Shown in pieces: positions 25,722-39,016 of a stretch of DNA of 39,016 nt. Position numbers and translations under genes: made by a program. The DNA is from Octopus bimaculoides (taxonomy: Eukaryota): NCBI RefSeq assembly GCF_001194135.2, contig NC_069001.1, forward strand, positions 748,607-787,622, read 5' to 3'. Under the pieces are notes generated by a model, which did no database searches, had not been told where the DNA came from, and saw only the letters and a list, made by a program, of their open reading frames with translations. Numbering within the stretch: the stretch's first letter is position 1; each line of letters begins with the position of its first letter.

Positions 25722-26975
25722 CTGAAAACAGTGATACAGATAAGAATCTATTTAAGTATTTTATGTATATATTTGTGCGTGTATATAAATATATACATCA
25801 ACTCCAGTAACAAAACACGAAGATATATATATCATATATTACTGGCGGAGGGGGGCTTCAAACTGTAAAATTGTTTGTTTGTTTGTTTGGTGTCTGTATT
25901 GAAAAGATACAAATGAGTATCCCTCAATACATTCAAACAGCGCCAACAAGAAGAAAAAGAAAAGAAAATAACAAAGAAACGAAAAGAACCAAAATAACGA
26001 CATTATTCTCTCCTCAATATGCTGTTATTTTATCAGAAGGCTATATTTTTTATTTATATATATATATATATATATATAAATATATGAATGTTACATATAT
26101 ACATGCACACAATAACAACATTTAATAAAGGATTTATAGGTGAGCTACTACAAGCTTCATGTTCAGCAGTACGGTAATTGGACAGGTTTGAAATATTTTG
26201 AGCCTAAACGATTGCAGGGTAGCATACAGCAAGTTATACAAGCCCATCCAATATCTGTACCATCCAAACATGAAACTTACAGTAGATCATAGTTAAATCC
26301 CATGTTTATTAAATGAAACTTATCTCTCGCTGGATGAGGTACTTCCTTTGTTGAACCGACCAACAATGGAACAGTCTGCTATATATTTTGGGAAAAGCTG
26401 ATGATTCACTCTGCTGCTACTCAAGAGTTTCCTTCTATATGCGATCGTCCAAGATTATTCAAAATCCATCACCTGACTGAAAGATCACACATAGTAATGG
26501 AGTAAATCATCAGTTTTTGTTTTTCTTCTTTTGTACTCTTACATGGATTGAGTACTCTTTCTTTCGTACCTCCAGACGTGTGTGTGTATATATATATCAA
26601 CCACCATTCACGAGTATAATAACTTAGTAGCATATACCATGCTTTCTTTAATTGCTTTAGGTGCCTGTGAAGTCACAAGCAGACACAGACTACCTCCCGG
26701 CCCCCTCATCCTTGATCCAGGATGAAACAGCTGGAGGAAAAGAGAGCTGCACCAGTATATGACTGGTACTCATTTACAGCTAAGTAGACTGGAGTAATGT
26801 GAAATGAAGTACTTTGCTCAAGGGCACAATATGCTTCCCAGTCAAGGAATTGAACTCATGGCCTTATGATCATGAGGTCAACACCTTAACCACTGGATCA
26901 TGTACCTTTACATATACACACACACACACATATATATATGCATGTATGTATATTGCTAAGGTACAAACAAGTGTA

Positions 26976-27017
<42 letters not shown>

Positions 27018-27980
27018 TACACACACACACACACACAGGTATAGAGTGTTTCTTCCCTCTGATTCATCATTATCAACTTGAATCTCATCAACATCAGCCT
27101 CAAAGTTATCATCATTGCCTACAATTTCTTTATGTTCAGACTCTGCATTACATTGTGCTGTTCATCTCAATTTTACTCATTTTCAACTTACAATGTCATC
27201 ACTGTATGATGGAACTTTTTTAATGAATAAACAAAATGACACTTCATTGATTAATTGTCACAGAATAGTAAAACAATGTAAACATGAAAAAAAGGAGGAG
27301 GCAGTTCCCTGCTATCCTTTCATTTGTTATTATAAGTCTCAGAGCCAATCATTGACATGGTTGCGGTTTACCTACAAAAGCCAGTGTTTAGTCAAGGCCA
27401 ATCCTATGTAGAACAACAAACAGGAGAAGCTGCAGTGAATCATACCTGTATTTTGAGAGTGATAGATATAATTTTCTCTGCTGCAGAGTGTGTAAATTAT
27501 ATACAGACCATAAGTTTCTTACAGTTTCTGTTTACCAAATCCATTCACAAGGACACTTGCCCTAGATGCCACACAGTGGAACTGAAACTGGAACCATGTG
27601 GTTAGAAAGCTAACTTCTTACCACACCTGCACACATATATAGTATAGGATGTAGTTTTACATCTGAACTACCAAATGTATGAAGCTTTATTGTAATTTAG
27701 GATACAAGTTTTACTCTATAAAATTGTAATGCCTTACAAAACTATATAATGTTTACATTCTTTTACAATTCTGCAAGGACTAAGCACTGATGTCATTGGC
27801 TGTTAATTAATAAAAACAGAAAAATCTGCTCCATTCTACAGTGACAACATTCAAATTAGTTAACAATGCCAGAATTGAGACAGACAACAGTGGAATCGAA
27901 ACTGAAGAGAATTAAACTAAACTGAGAGTTAAAATGACAAGTTTGAAGGAGAAACCCCTGTCTACAGGTATNNNNNNNNN

Positions 27981-28470
27981 NAGTGTCAGATATATTCGTA
28001 GGTTTCTTTCCAATGTTATTTAAATTAACACAAAAGATACTTTAATTGCAATATTTTTTTTTGTTTTTTATAGTTTGTTTTTGTAGCTCTATTCTTTCTC
28101 TACAACTTTAGGTTTTGAAATTTGAATAAATTTTACCTCTTTTTCAGTCATATGATGACAGAATGCCAAATGGAGGTGGGGGGGAGACAGAAAGGAAACA
28201 AGCATTTTGATCCCAAAGCTGTCAAAGACACTCAAGACATTTGTGTTGTGTGTGGAGAAGCAATGACTGAAAGAACTACACAAAAATGGTTTCCAAGTTT
28301 CAAAACAGGAAAATTCGACTTCACAGATTTGGCATCTTGCCAGCTCATTCAGTTCAACGCAGATCGATTGAATAAGTTCATCTGCAGGGATCTATGTCAG
28401 TTCACTAGGGACTTGGTCCAGCAGATGGGATCCTCTCACAAGACCACTGCCTGTGCACAGTCAATGCACC
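27981..28470 (+). mobile_element. Degenerate mariner transposon, 5' part
   Basis: ORF 28122-28613 contains DICVVCGEAMTERTTQKWFPSFKTGKFDFTDL...FNADRLNKFI...TRDLVQQMGSSHKT, a mariner DNA-binding domain; no DD34D region seen. Confidence 0.85.
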
Positions 28471-28857
28471 AGCTTAACAAGGCCATCCAGCTGAAACAAG
28501 CCAAAATGGCAACATTGCATATTTCTCTCCAATGCAACAAGGCTGCCTCCCACCACCACCACCGCCCACTCTACCCGAACCACATCACTAATTTGACCAA
28601 AAATACTATTTGAGAAATTGCCTTCAGATTATTAACTTTCTGATCACTTTCTGGTGATTTGTTGAACAACAATGAAAACTGAGAATGTGGCTCAGTGAAT
28701 CTGAGTCAAAGCAGTAATAAGTTAGTAGAATGTTGACAAGAAGGTCTTGAACAATGAAGGAGAATATGTCATTGGATTGATTTGTTAAAATCATTAATGA
28801 AAAATAAGGATTAAAATGAATTAGGTGGGTGGACTCTGAATTTATCTGACAACTCAA

Positions 28858-28930
<73 letters not shown>

Positions 28931-29490
28931 ATATATGTATATATATATATGTGTATAAGCACTGAAGTTAAATCTTCATATTGACAGTAACACTTAGCAG
29001 CAGAAGATACCAAAGACTGAAAGAAAGAAAGAATGAATGAAAGAAAGAAAAGATAATAAGGGCTTCTTTTTTTGTTCCACTGAAAACACCATGACCATAC
29101 AAAAATGAAAATCAATGAATCAAGGATTTTTCAAATAAACAGAAGAACGACACCAAAACAAAACAAAAAAAAAACTTAACAGAAGACGATTTACTTACAA
29201 AGCTATCAGAGGTGGGAAGAAAGACAAAAGAAAAATAACCAAAAAAAAAAAAGACATACCAATAATGGATATTAATAAATATGATATGCAGAGAGGTAGG
29301 GGAGAGGAAAAAACAGAAATCAAACAAATTGAGATTTGAAAAATTGAAACAAACAGTCAAGAACACATGTAAGATGGTTTTTTTTTAAATCGTTAATTTT
29401 TAAATATTTTTTTTTGGCTCTCGGGGTGTGTAGAAACAGCAACAGTTTGGTCGCTGACGCAACCAGTTAAAAAGTTGCTTTTTCACATAC

Positions 29491-29523
29491 CATTGTCAAC
29501 ACAACATTCTGTGGGTGCACCAC
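29491..29523 (-). CDS. Candidate 33-nt cassette microexon (xGAPTECCVDN)
   Basis: ctgctttcaatttcag / ATG|gtatgt, with a branch-like taactcac upstream; phase 1-1 and stop-free. No homology support. Confidence 0.42.
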
Positions 29524-30144
29524 CTGAAATTGAAAGCAGGGTGCAGTGAGTTATCAAGAGGAGAAGATCAAACTTGTTTTTTTTTTGGTATTTTTTTGGT
29601 ATTTTGCGAATAAATATCCCGACCGCGACAGTCAGTCAGTCAAAGAGAGACAAACAGACAGACAAACACTATTTCAAACACATTTAACAGCGTGTGAAAC
29701 AACATCAATAAGAAGAAAAAGAAAAAAAAACTTTAAAAATGGCAAGAAGACAATTAGCTCTGTTAAACAATTTGTCAAGTTTATTTTCATTATTTTTTTC
29801 ATTCACACTAGAGACACTATTACTTGAGAATAATAATAATAATGATAATATTAAAAATTAGAATAATAATAACTTTTAATCATAATGGTAATAATAATGA
29901 TGATGATGAGGATGATGATAGTAATAAACAATAATGATCTTATCTAATATATGCACAAAAACCACTAATTTTTAGAGACAAGGGGGTATTAATTAGTAAA
30001 ATAAATCAACCCCAGTAATTAACTAATAATTTCATTTTTAATGAGACAGACAACTGAAAATCAAACGAAATATGTCAAGGCCCTTTTGTCCATCACTTGA
30101 CCAATTCTGACCTAAATAACAACAACACTACCAGTAATAGTAAC

Positions 30145-30580
30145 AAACATAGGCACAAGGCCCGAAATGTGTGGGGAGGGAGAGAGTCCAATATTCAATG
30201 CCCCAGTGCATAACTGGTACTTTCTGCACTGAGCCCAAAAGGATGGACCTTGGCATGATTTCAATTCAGAACATAAAGAGGCATGAAATACTGCTAAGCA
30301 TTTTGCCCAGCATGCAAACAATTCTAATAATAATAATAATAATAATAATAATCCTTTCTTTTAGAGGCACAAGGCTTGGGAGAGTGGGGTCAAGTGAAGA
30401 CATCAACCCCAGTGCACAACTGGGATTTATTTCACTGACCCCAAAAGGATGAAAGGCAAAGTCGACTCCAATGGAATTTGAACTCAGAATGTAAAGACAA
30501 GAAATATCACATAGAATTATGTCTAGCTGAGTAATGGTTCTGCCAGCTCACTACAGTTATAATAATAATAATAATAATAA
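30145..30580. repeat. Tandem pair of an interspersed repeat bounded by (TAA)n (ggcacaagg...accccag...aaaggatg...gtaaag)
   Basis: Two adjacent copies; further copies or fragments at about 3620-3745, 21260-21310, 21700-21830 and 36810-36900. Confidence 0.7.
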
Positions 30581-32447
30581 TGTGTCAGGAAGACACTCAG
30601 TAAGAAATGGAAACAAAATTGAAAGAAGATGATGATAATAATAATAATAATAATAATGACAATGATGATGTTGATGATAATTTTACTGACATAATTATTA
30701 TCTAATTAAAAATTTTGAAAACAATCATTTATTTTTCTCATAGACTTTCACCTCCCAAATAAACAATATTGAATTCACTCAGACAATCCAGATGGATTTA
30801 TGGAAATATATACCAGGCATAGGACAGGCTGCAAAGGGGAGAAGTTTGCTTTGTGAGAATTTGGTTTCAGGTTCCAAATCCTTGTGATTCGGTAGATGGA
30901 AAAGCTTGTCATGTGTGCGTGTGTGTGTGCGCGCATGCGCATGCGTTGTGTCTCCTTGTCTTCACATAGTGTAGTAGCTGTAAATGAGTGTTACTGTTTT
31001 ACAAGCAGTGCAATTCATTTTGAGTATTCTACGAGAACATGTCCAGTCATGGGGAAATATTACCTCACTCGGGAAACAGATGAGGTTTAGTGACAGGAAG
31101 GGCATCCAGCTGTAGAAAATCTGCCTCGAAAACCCCCCTCAAACATGGACGTTAAGCTAATGATGATGACAGTGGGTAATGTGGCAGTGTGATTAAGAAG
31201 TTTGCTTTGGAGCTATGAGGTTCAGAGTTCATTTCCACTGTATGGACACCACCAATTGGTGCCTTCTACCATAGTTGGAGGTTGATGTTTGTTAGTGAAA
31301 TTTAGCACAGAGAAACTGGAAGAAGCCTATTGTGCATGTGTATAGCCATTTCTTGCAAAACATGTACACTGCTTGTAAACAAAGTCACCATCATACAAGT
31401 TTTGTCTGTTGTTTGTTTGCAAATCCTCCAGAGAAGCATGTCTGGCCATTTGAGCTTTACGCTGTTTGACGGTCAAGCAGGAAAGATGACTTCACTTGAA
31501 AACAGGTGAAGAGAGGGCAACAGGAAGAGCGGCTAACTGCAGAATATTCTGCCTCAACAAGTCTTGTCTGAGCCATGCAAGCATGGGAGAATAGACATTA
31601 GAACAACAATGATGAGGATGAAGATGACAAGGATGATGAAGATGATATATATTATTATAAATACATAAACTTGTAGCTTCATGCATAATTATGGGAACAA
31701 TTAATTGCTCGTTATTACATTTCTAATGGTATAACCATCACTTTAACTTTCAGTTGAGTTTGAAAACAATAATCAAGTTATTACCAAATTTAGTAAAATA
31801 ACTTTTTAATCATTTATTTTTTTCCATTATTAAACTCATGTCTGGAATATAACTTAACAGTTCTCAAATGGAATTAAAAATGGATGGTTTTTTTTAATAA
31901 ATAAATAAATAAATGAATAAATAAATAAATATGAACATTTCAAAACAGGCAGTCATGTACGTTAGAATCAAGGGTGGCTTTAGGCATGAGGCTGGTTTTG
32001 TCAAAAGGAGTTTAAAAGACATGATTATACAGGGATGCTTGCCTCTGTGTGTGCGTGTGTGCACCTTCTCCTTCCACCTACCCCTTTTACAGCAGTGCAC
32101 AATTTTGCTATTCCTATTCTTACACAGGGCTGCTGGGTAGGGTAGTTGGGTACATGCTGAATTTACCTTTTATATCCTCTCCTAACAACTGTTTAAACAA
32201 TAGGCTGATCTGTTCGGCTCCATCAATTTCAATCGATGCAGTGGAACCTAAAATTTTATTGACAATATAGAGAGCAATAACAACAGCAACAACAAAATCA
32301 GGCTCTTTATATGTTTTTTCCATTCTTTTTTTTTTTTATCGTGTAAGGGAATGTAAGAGAAACACATATTTATACACATACACACAAATACATACATACT
32401 TATATATATACCCACACAAATATACACACGTGTGTATGTGTATGTGC

Positions 32448-32508
<61 letters not shown>

Positions 32509-33081
32509 TACATATATATTTGTGTACATGTATATACTAACACATATATGTACTGGAATAATAGGTTATCTTTCAGTTATATTTAGGAAGTAAATCAGTG
32601 TAGATGTGTGTGTGTGTGGACAGTAGTGTAGTGCAAATAATGGTAGATGCATCAAGAGTAGGAGAGAGAGGGAGAGAGACAGAAAGACAAGAGACATACA
32701 GACAGAGATAGAGAAAACTGAAGAAGCGAAAGTCACAAAAAGAGAGAGAGAGAGAGAGTGAGAGAGAGTAGAGGACATGTACACAAAAGAGACAAACACA
32801 CAGAGAAAGAGAGAAAGACAGATTTTTATTTATTTCTCTTAGGTTACAGAAAAGTTAGCTGCATCTCTGCTCCAAGACAATTAACAAGAACAGAGAGAGA
32901 GAGAGAGAGAGAGAGAGGAGGCAGAGGGTGGTCTACAAGGAAAATAAGTAAACGAAGACAAAATAGAAGACCCCCACCCCCACCCCTACACAGGTACAAT
33001 AAATAGAATTAATAGTGGTATCTCTCATTTGACAGTGATAAAAGTGTGCAGGGTACAACTGTACTGACTGCATAAAAGTGT

Positions 33082-33114
<33 letters not shown>

Positions 33115-33435
33115 GGAGAATGCGCAAGATTGTGGGTGTGTGTGTGTGTAGGAGATGCAGTGAAGCATGAAACACCTGGTGTAGGATAGAGAGAGATAAC
33201 TGCAGGAAAGAGAGGAAAAAAGTCAGCAATGAAGAAGCAGTAAATGTTGTTGGTGGTGTGTTTATATTAAAGCTTACTTCATGGTGTTTGTGTTATGTTA
33301 TTTAGTATCCGACATTAAGAGAGGAGAACATTTCACACAGATTCACTCACTGACAACAATGATCCACACAAGAGTCTCTCAGTACAAGTTCACACCACAA
33401 CCTCCTAGCAACAGAATATATCTAAATACATAGAC

Positions 33436-33472
<37 letters not shown>

Positions 33473-33680
33473 TACATACACCCATGCACACACACACACA
33501 GTACTCTTGTTTAAAGAAGGCCTTGAGACTTATACCACAAACACACACAAAATTGTGACAGTAACGACAGGAGGTGGAGTTCCAGGAGGGAGAAGGGGGT
33601 AAACAGTAATAAACCTAAACCATTGCTGGCAAACAAGACTTTGGATGTACATGGGGGGGATGTATATGGGTGGATGTGCA

Positions 33681-33719
<39 letters not shown>

Positions 33720-33803
33720 ACAGAAAGCTAAGATTAAAAGAATAAAGGACAAAGCCCCTTCCCGAGTCATGTAGATGCCTCAGGCTGGTTTCCTGGATTT
33801 TCT

Positions 33804-33838
<35 letters not shown>

Positions 33839-36800
33839 TCCCCACTGGATGGGACACTGGTCCGTCACAGGTACCATTCATTTTTGCCAGCTGAGTGAAC
33901 TAAAGCAACATGAAGTGAAGAGATTTGATCAAAAACAAGTGTCACCCGGTTCAGGAATTGAAATCACAATCTTACGATCACAAGTCCAGCACCCTAACCA
34001 CTGAGCCACGTACCTCCATGGAAAGCAAAAAATTGAAACTGAAGGAAATAAGAAAACGTAGGAAGATCGATAAAGACATAAAGAAGGGAGTGAAGGAAGC
34101 TAAGAACAAAAGACAGGAGCAGCCATTGAAGCCAGCCTTGACAACAACAACAACAACAAACAGAAGACTTTACTGAAGAATATAAACTTAGAGTAAACAT
34201 CATCAAAGACAAAAGACAAAAAAAATGGGGAATAATAATAATAATTGTGGATGTTAAAGGATGATGAAGAATGCCAGAATACCTTTACAAGAAGAGACAT
34301 TACAGATAAGACCTGTTTGTGTTTATATGAGATATAAAATAACATTTGGAAGGGGAGCAAGAAGCTGTCTATTGGAGCAGAGCCACCCGTTTCTACTTCT
34401 CCACCCCTGTTTTGTCTCACATCACTCTCACATCATGTATGCGATGGGAGGGTGGAAGGGAAGGAGGGGGCCTCTGTGTGGACAGAAACTTTGTTAAAAA
34501 TAGAAGTCAAAGAAATTTCTTGCAAATCGACCCCTCTTTACACCATCTTGAAAATAAAAGGAACAACAACATTGGTTGGACATCGTAGTAGTCTGTGGCA
34601 CATTGTCAGGCAAGATGGGAGAGTCATGGTTGGATTAGGAAGCCAGTGATCATAACAGGTTTCTTTTCAGCCAGAACTGACCCAGGTCTAAACAACAACA
34701 AGATTGTGTATGAGGAAAACCCGAGCCAGGAAGGGAAACTCTAGGTAGTCATTCAAGCAAGCAGCTAGAAACAACAACCAATATCACTCCTCAAATTACA
34801 TCTTGCTATCATTAAGACAAAATAAGGAAAAGAAAAAGGAGAGAGAGAGAGAGAGAGAGAGATTGGTTGATGTCTCAATATATAAACAGACCCAAAGGTT
34901 CACTCTGGAACATTTTTAACCATAAGTTGGTTCAACCAAGATTCGATTCCTCATCTTCATCAAATGATCTCAAGAAGGCAATCAAGCCAAAACTTCAAAG
35001 TCAGTCAACTTTTCTCCTGTATGTTTGAAATATGCATGAAATACACACACACACACACACATACTTATACATACACACCACACACACACATGCATATACT
35101 CCCCTACTTATCTCCTTTGGATAATTGAGGTCTAGTTCTGTATGCATATACACATACATACAGTCACACACACACACTCAGTCACATACAATTGTCTCTG
35201 CTCTCCAGAACCCACCAGCTTACAACCCACCTTTCTTTCTTTCTTTCTCTTATACAAATATTTTCCACTCTGATTCATGCTAACTCTCACCGTCATTAAC
35301 CTCCTAATTATAGCCGTTATTTTTGTCACTCCATATCAGAAAGAGAAAAGCCTGGAAGGCACACCACAGCAGACAGCCTTGAACAATATAGTAATCCGTA
35401 CGACCTTATATCAAAAGAGCTGCTTTTGCAGCCACATGGTTTTGGATTCAGTCCCACTCTGCAGAACCTTGGGGAAGGGTCTGCTTATATAGAACCAGGC
35501 TGACCAATGCTTTGTGAGTGAATTTCATAGGTGGAAACTGAAAGAAGCCTATTGTGTATATATACATATGACAGAACTTATGGAAAATGCTTTGGTCAGT
35601 CAGAAAGTTAAGCAAAACAAAGCAAAACGAAAGTGGAATTTTAAATTTCTCTTCACATCTTCTCTACATCCACCTGGTTACCATATTTAAAGGCATCTGA
35701 GATATAATTTTCCCTCAAAAGAATGTCTCAAAAACATCCCCTTTGGGTTCAATATACAAACATGCTTTAAGGCACTAAAGACGTTTTTTTCCCTGAGTAA
35801 GTGTTCCTGAAATTGGGGCACATCAAATATGCCCATGTGTCCTTTGTGCCATCAAATATGATATACACCATTCCCCCAGCAGCAGCAGAAGCAGCAGCAG
35901 CAGAAGCAGCAGCAGTGGTGGTGGTGGTAGAAGTGGGTGGTTTTGTGCTTACTCTATGCACGTGTGGTCTCGTCCACCAACAGACATTCAAACACATGCA
36001 TCATCTGGTACAGTTTATCTTTACTATTAAAGCAACACTCTTTTTTAGCTGTTGTTATTTTTTGTTGCCATATTAACACTTCTCTAACATCCTGCCACTC
36101 ATCCCGAACCATGACTTTGGAGGTTTTTTTTTTTTTTTTACTTGTTTTGGGATGGGGAGGGATGCTTCTTCCAGAGCAAACACAGCCTATAATTAAAGTT
36201 AATTATACCAAGCTAGCTAGCTAGCACAAGCAGCATTAATTAAATCTAATTACAGACAGATAACTATTCTTACATATATATATATTTATAACCCCTAAAA
36301 TTAGCCTCCTTCACCCGTCTCGTTAGGCACTGAATATTTTACTGACATCATCTATCTATTTATCTGTCATATCAGATGTAGCACGACCCCTATGAAAGTG
36401 CCCGAACAGACTCCGATGAACTTGTGGAACAGCGAGAGCTTCATTGCCTTCATAAAGTCATGCAATGCAGATCACATTCAGTTATCGAATGCTCAGAATG
36501 TATCACGGTTGGTTTGTTGGGGATTGAAGACCACAGAACAAGCAGAAACCTCATCCCTGTGTTGCCAGTGTCAAGCAAAAGTTTGGCAGTTCTAGGCAGC
36601 TTATCATTTAAGTTGATTAAGATATGACTTTAGAATGTGATGTCCACATGTCTTGATTTTCCAAGACCATTTACAAACAATAGGCCCCATGCCCCAACAG
36701 AATGCTTCAGGACGGTTAATTTGCCCTGTTACTTTTTAATCTTATTTTAATTTTCCAGTTTGTTTTTATGTAAATTTCATACCTATAATGAATATCCACA

Positions 36801-37113
36801 CAATAACGGTTTCGAATTTGGCAGAGCCAGCAGTTTTGGAGGAGGAGGAGGATTACATCAACCTCAGTATTTGACTGGTACTTATTTCAGTGACCCCCCC
36901 CCCCAAAGAAACGCGTGCACACACACACAATAACAAACAAACACACAATCTGTATGTGTGTTTATTATTGGCACAATGACTCCCCACACCCAGCTACAAC
37001 AAAATCGGTTCCAACACACAAGTTCACATCAAGAATCTTGCAAACTAAATATAAAAACGAAATATTTTATGTAAATGTCTTTTTTTATACAAGTTCTCCA
37101 GTACATCTTTCAT

Positions 37114-37322
37114 TTAACCCTTCAGCATTTGAACTGGCCTTCTCTAGCTCAAACATTCTTCTTTCAGTCAGATCCAGCCCCTCACACCTACTCTTCAATG
37201 TCATTCTAAAAATAAACAACTCAAAATCTTGAAATTACAAGATAATGCATGATTAATTCAAAACAAAGTGAATAAATAAGCATTACATTTGACTGAGGAA
37301 TATCTGAATGCTAAACGGTTAA
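37114..37322. mobile_element. piggyBac-type MITE, second family (TTAA ends)
   Basis: ttaacccttcagcatt ... aatgctaaacggttaa. Partial copy at about 23180-23320. Confidence 0.75.
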
Positions 37323-37507
37323 AATTTGCTTATTGAAATTTTTCATCATGCCATTTGCAAATTTTTCAGACACCAGTTTCACGCTTATAGAGGTTGTGAT
37401 TATAGCCATCTTGTGTTAATTTTTTTCCAGTACATGATCAATAATTCATATTGCCATACATAAAAGAACATACAATATACACATATATATATATGTATGT
37501 GTATGTA

Positions 37508-37574
<67 letters not shown>

Positions 37575-37833
37575 ATATTTGTGTGTGTATGTATCTGTGT
37601 TAACCAAGATCTTTTCCTGCCCTAGTTGCATATTGCAAAAAAAAAAACAAAAAAAAAAGAGAGAAAAAGAGATCATTCCTAACTGAAGTTTAAGGTCATA
37701 CTGAGACGAGACATTGGCTGTAATGTGTGGAAAGTTGGTTGAATGGTCAAGGTGATGGGTTTAAGGACCAAGTGCAGACTGGGGTTGTGCTGATGCATGG
37801 CTGAAGTGCTGGGTTACAAGATGAGGTCATCGG

Positions 37834-38155
37834 CTAAGATCGTTAAGGTCAGGTCTTCAAGGTGCTGTGTTTATGGACTGTAGACCATCACAGATTTAAA
37901 ACTGTTTCGCTAAATAAATATATGACCTAATAATAATAATAATAATAATATTAATAACAATAATAATTATTATTGCAAAATTGAAGAGACATACAAAACA
38001 CGAAGAGACTAAGATCATTATGGTCAGATCAACAAGATATGTTTATGAACTGTACATCACAGATTTAAAACTGTTTTGCTAAATAAATATATAACCCAAT
38101 AATAATAATAATAATAATATATTATTAAAGAGGTGAATAGACATTCAAAACATTA
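37834..38155. repeat. Diverged tandem duplication, period about 175 bp
   Basis: ctaagatc..tggtcag...catcacagatttaaaactgttt.gctaaataaatatat..(taa)n occurs at 37834 and again at 38009. Confidence 0.8.
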
Positions 38156-38576
38156 CGGGACTGAGACTTAGGAAATGTCAGAGCAGTGGGAAGGAAAGCT
38201 CAGAGGAGGAAGAAGAGACAAAAAAAAAAGAGAAGGTAAAAAAAAAATGTCAGTAAAAGTTAGTTATCAATGTGCAAACACTTAATTATAATTACTTGCT
38301 AAAATGCAAAGTCTTAATTAGTTATTAAAATGCAAATAGATTCTCTCACGCTCTCTCACTCTCTTACATAATCAATGACTTGGTCCACGATTTTATTAGT
38401 TTGTTAAAAAACATCATTGTTAGAAGCACGATAGGGTTTAGTGGTAATTTCCTGTTGTTAATTAAATCTATGGCTTTTATAGTACAGTGTTATTATGTTA
38501 TATAATATGTGTATATATAATAGGCTAAAGGATCTCATGCTAAGTGAAGGACATCTCCCAGGACGTGAATACTCAC

Positions 38577-38743
38577 TTGACAAATTTTCATCTTTTATAC
38601 TATACGTTTTACTATTGCTTTTGCCTGTCTTGCCACCACGTAAGAGACTACGACTCTCACCTGGGCTGGAAAACATAAGCTGCAAAGAATCTCTTCTCGT
38701 GCGTCCAGGAATATCTTCCAGAAGGTCTTGACATCCAACCAGT
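38577..38743 (-). CDS. PKN: PKN exon, start of C2-like region (LVGCQDLLEDIPGRTRRD...KTYSIKDENLS)
   Basis: tgttcctctgcag / gtgagt, 167 nt, phase 2-1; L.GCQDLLE..PGR is typical of PKN. Confidence 0.94.
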
Positions 38744-39016
38744 CTGCAGAGGAACAAAAAAAAAATCCACCTTACAACCAGTGTTGGTTTGTTTACATCC
38801 TAATAACTTAGCATTTTCGCAAAAAGCAACCATAGAATAACAAATATCAGACTTTGGGGAAAAAAAAGAAAAAATTATTGGGGTTAGTTTGTTCAACTAA
38901 AAAAAAAAAAATAAAAATAAAAAACTAAGGCGATGCCCCAGCATGACCACAGTGCAATGACTGAAACAAGTAAAAAACAAAGGACAATAATCAAATAAAA
39001 GACTGACCTGACTTCC

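Noticed and set aside
29199-29202. Long pyrimidine tract, AG, CTTT, then gtaagt (possible 4-nt exon)
   Set aside because: It would shift the frame and produce stops with every downstream exon tested.
30814-30828. 15-nt phase 1-1 microexon candidate (ctttgcag CCTGTCCTATGCCTG gtatat)
   Set aside because: It lies in the antisense head of a degenerate SINE and the donor is weak; such matches are expected by chance.
35682-35696. 15-nt phase 1-1 microexon candidate (xAFKY)
   Set aside because: Poor pyrimidine tract and no other support.
35930-35981. Exon-like block (gtaccag...AGA|gtaagc) beside a CAG/GTG repeat
   Set aside because: 52 nt, with a stop in the PKN frame and a weak acceptor; the poly-Ala ORFs nearby come from the repeat.

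Overview
AT-rich, microsatellite- and SINE-dense animal genomic DNA. The repeat families and composition look like an octopus/cephalopod genome (inference, not searched). The window holds the 3' two-thirds of one minus-strand gene, a protein kinase N (PKN/PRK, PKN2-like). I assembled 15 coding exons by hand with GT-AG sites and consistent phases: join(complement 38577-38743, 21871-21980, 20822-20965, 19577-19652, 18767-18901, 18449-18606, 17339-17502, 16705-16777, 16212-16391, 15534-15685, 14041-14260, 2973-3080, 2278-2358, 1679-1738, 392-535). They cover the C2-like region, linker, kinase domain and AGC tail to the stop; the HR1 exons lie beyond the right edge. Two large introns (about 11 kb and 16.6 kb) carry mariner and RTE-LINE remnants, MITEs and SINEs. 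The best lead is a 513-nt in-frame exon at 11169-11681 that begins like a diverged copy of the kinase alphaG exon and would give the kinase an alternative C-terminus. Other leads are two frame-preserving 33/45-nt cassette candidates in the C2-region intron, an in-frame upstream acceptor before the kinase domain, and a foldback MITE with an 8-bp TSD and a central telomere repeat. Most ORF-track entries are microsatellite or repeat noise. No prokaryotic-type system, CRISPR array or RNA gene was supportable.
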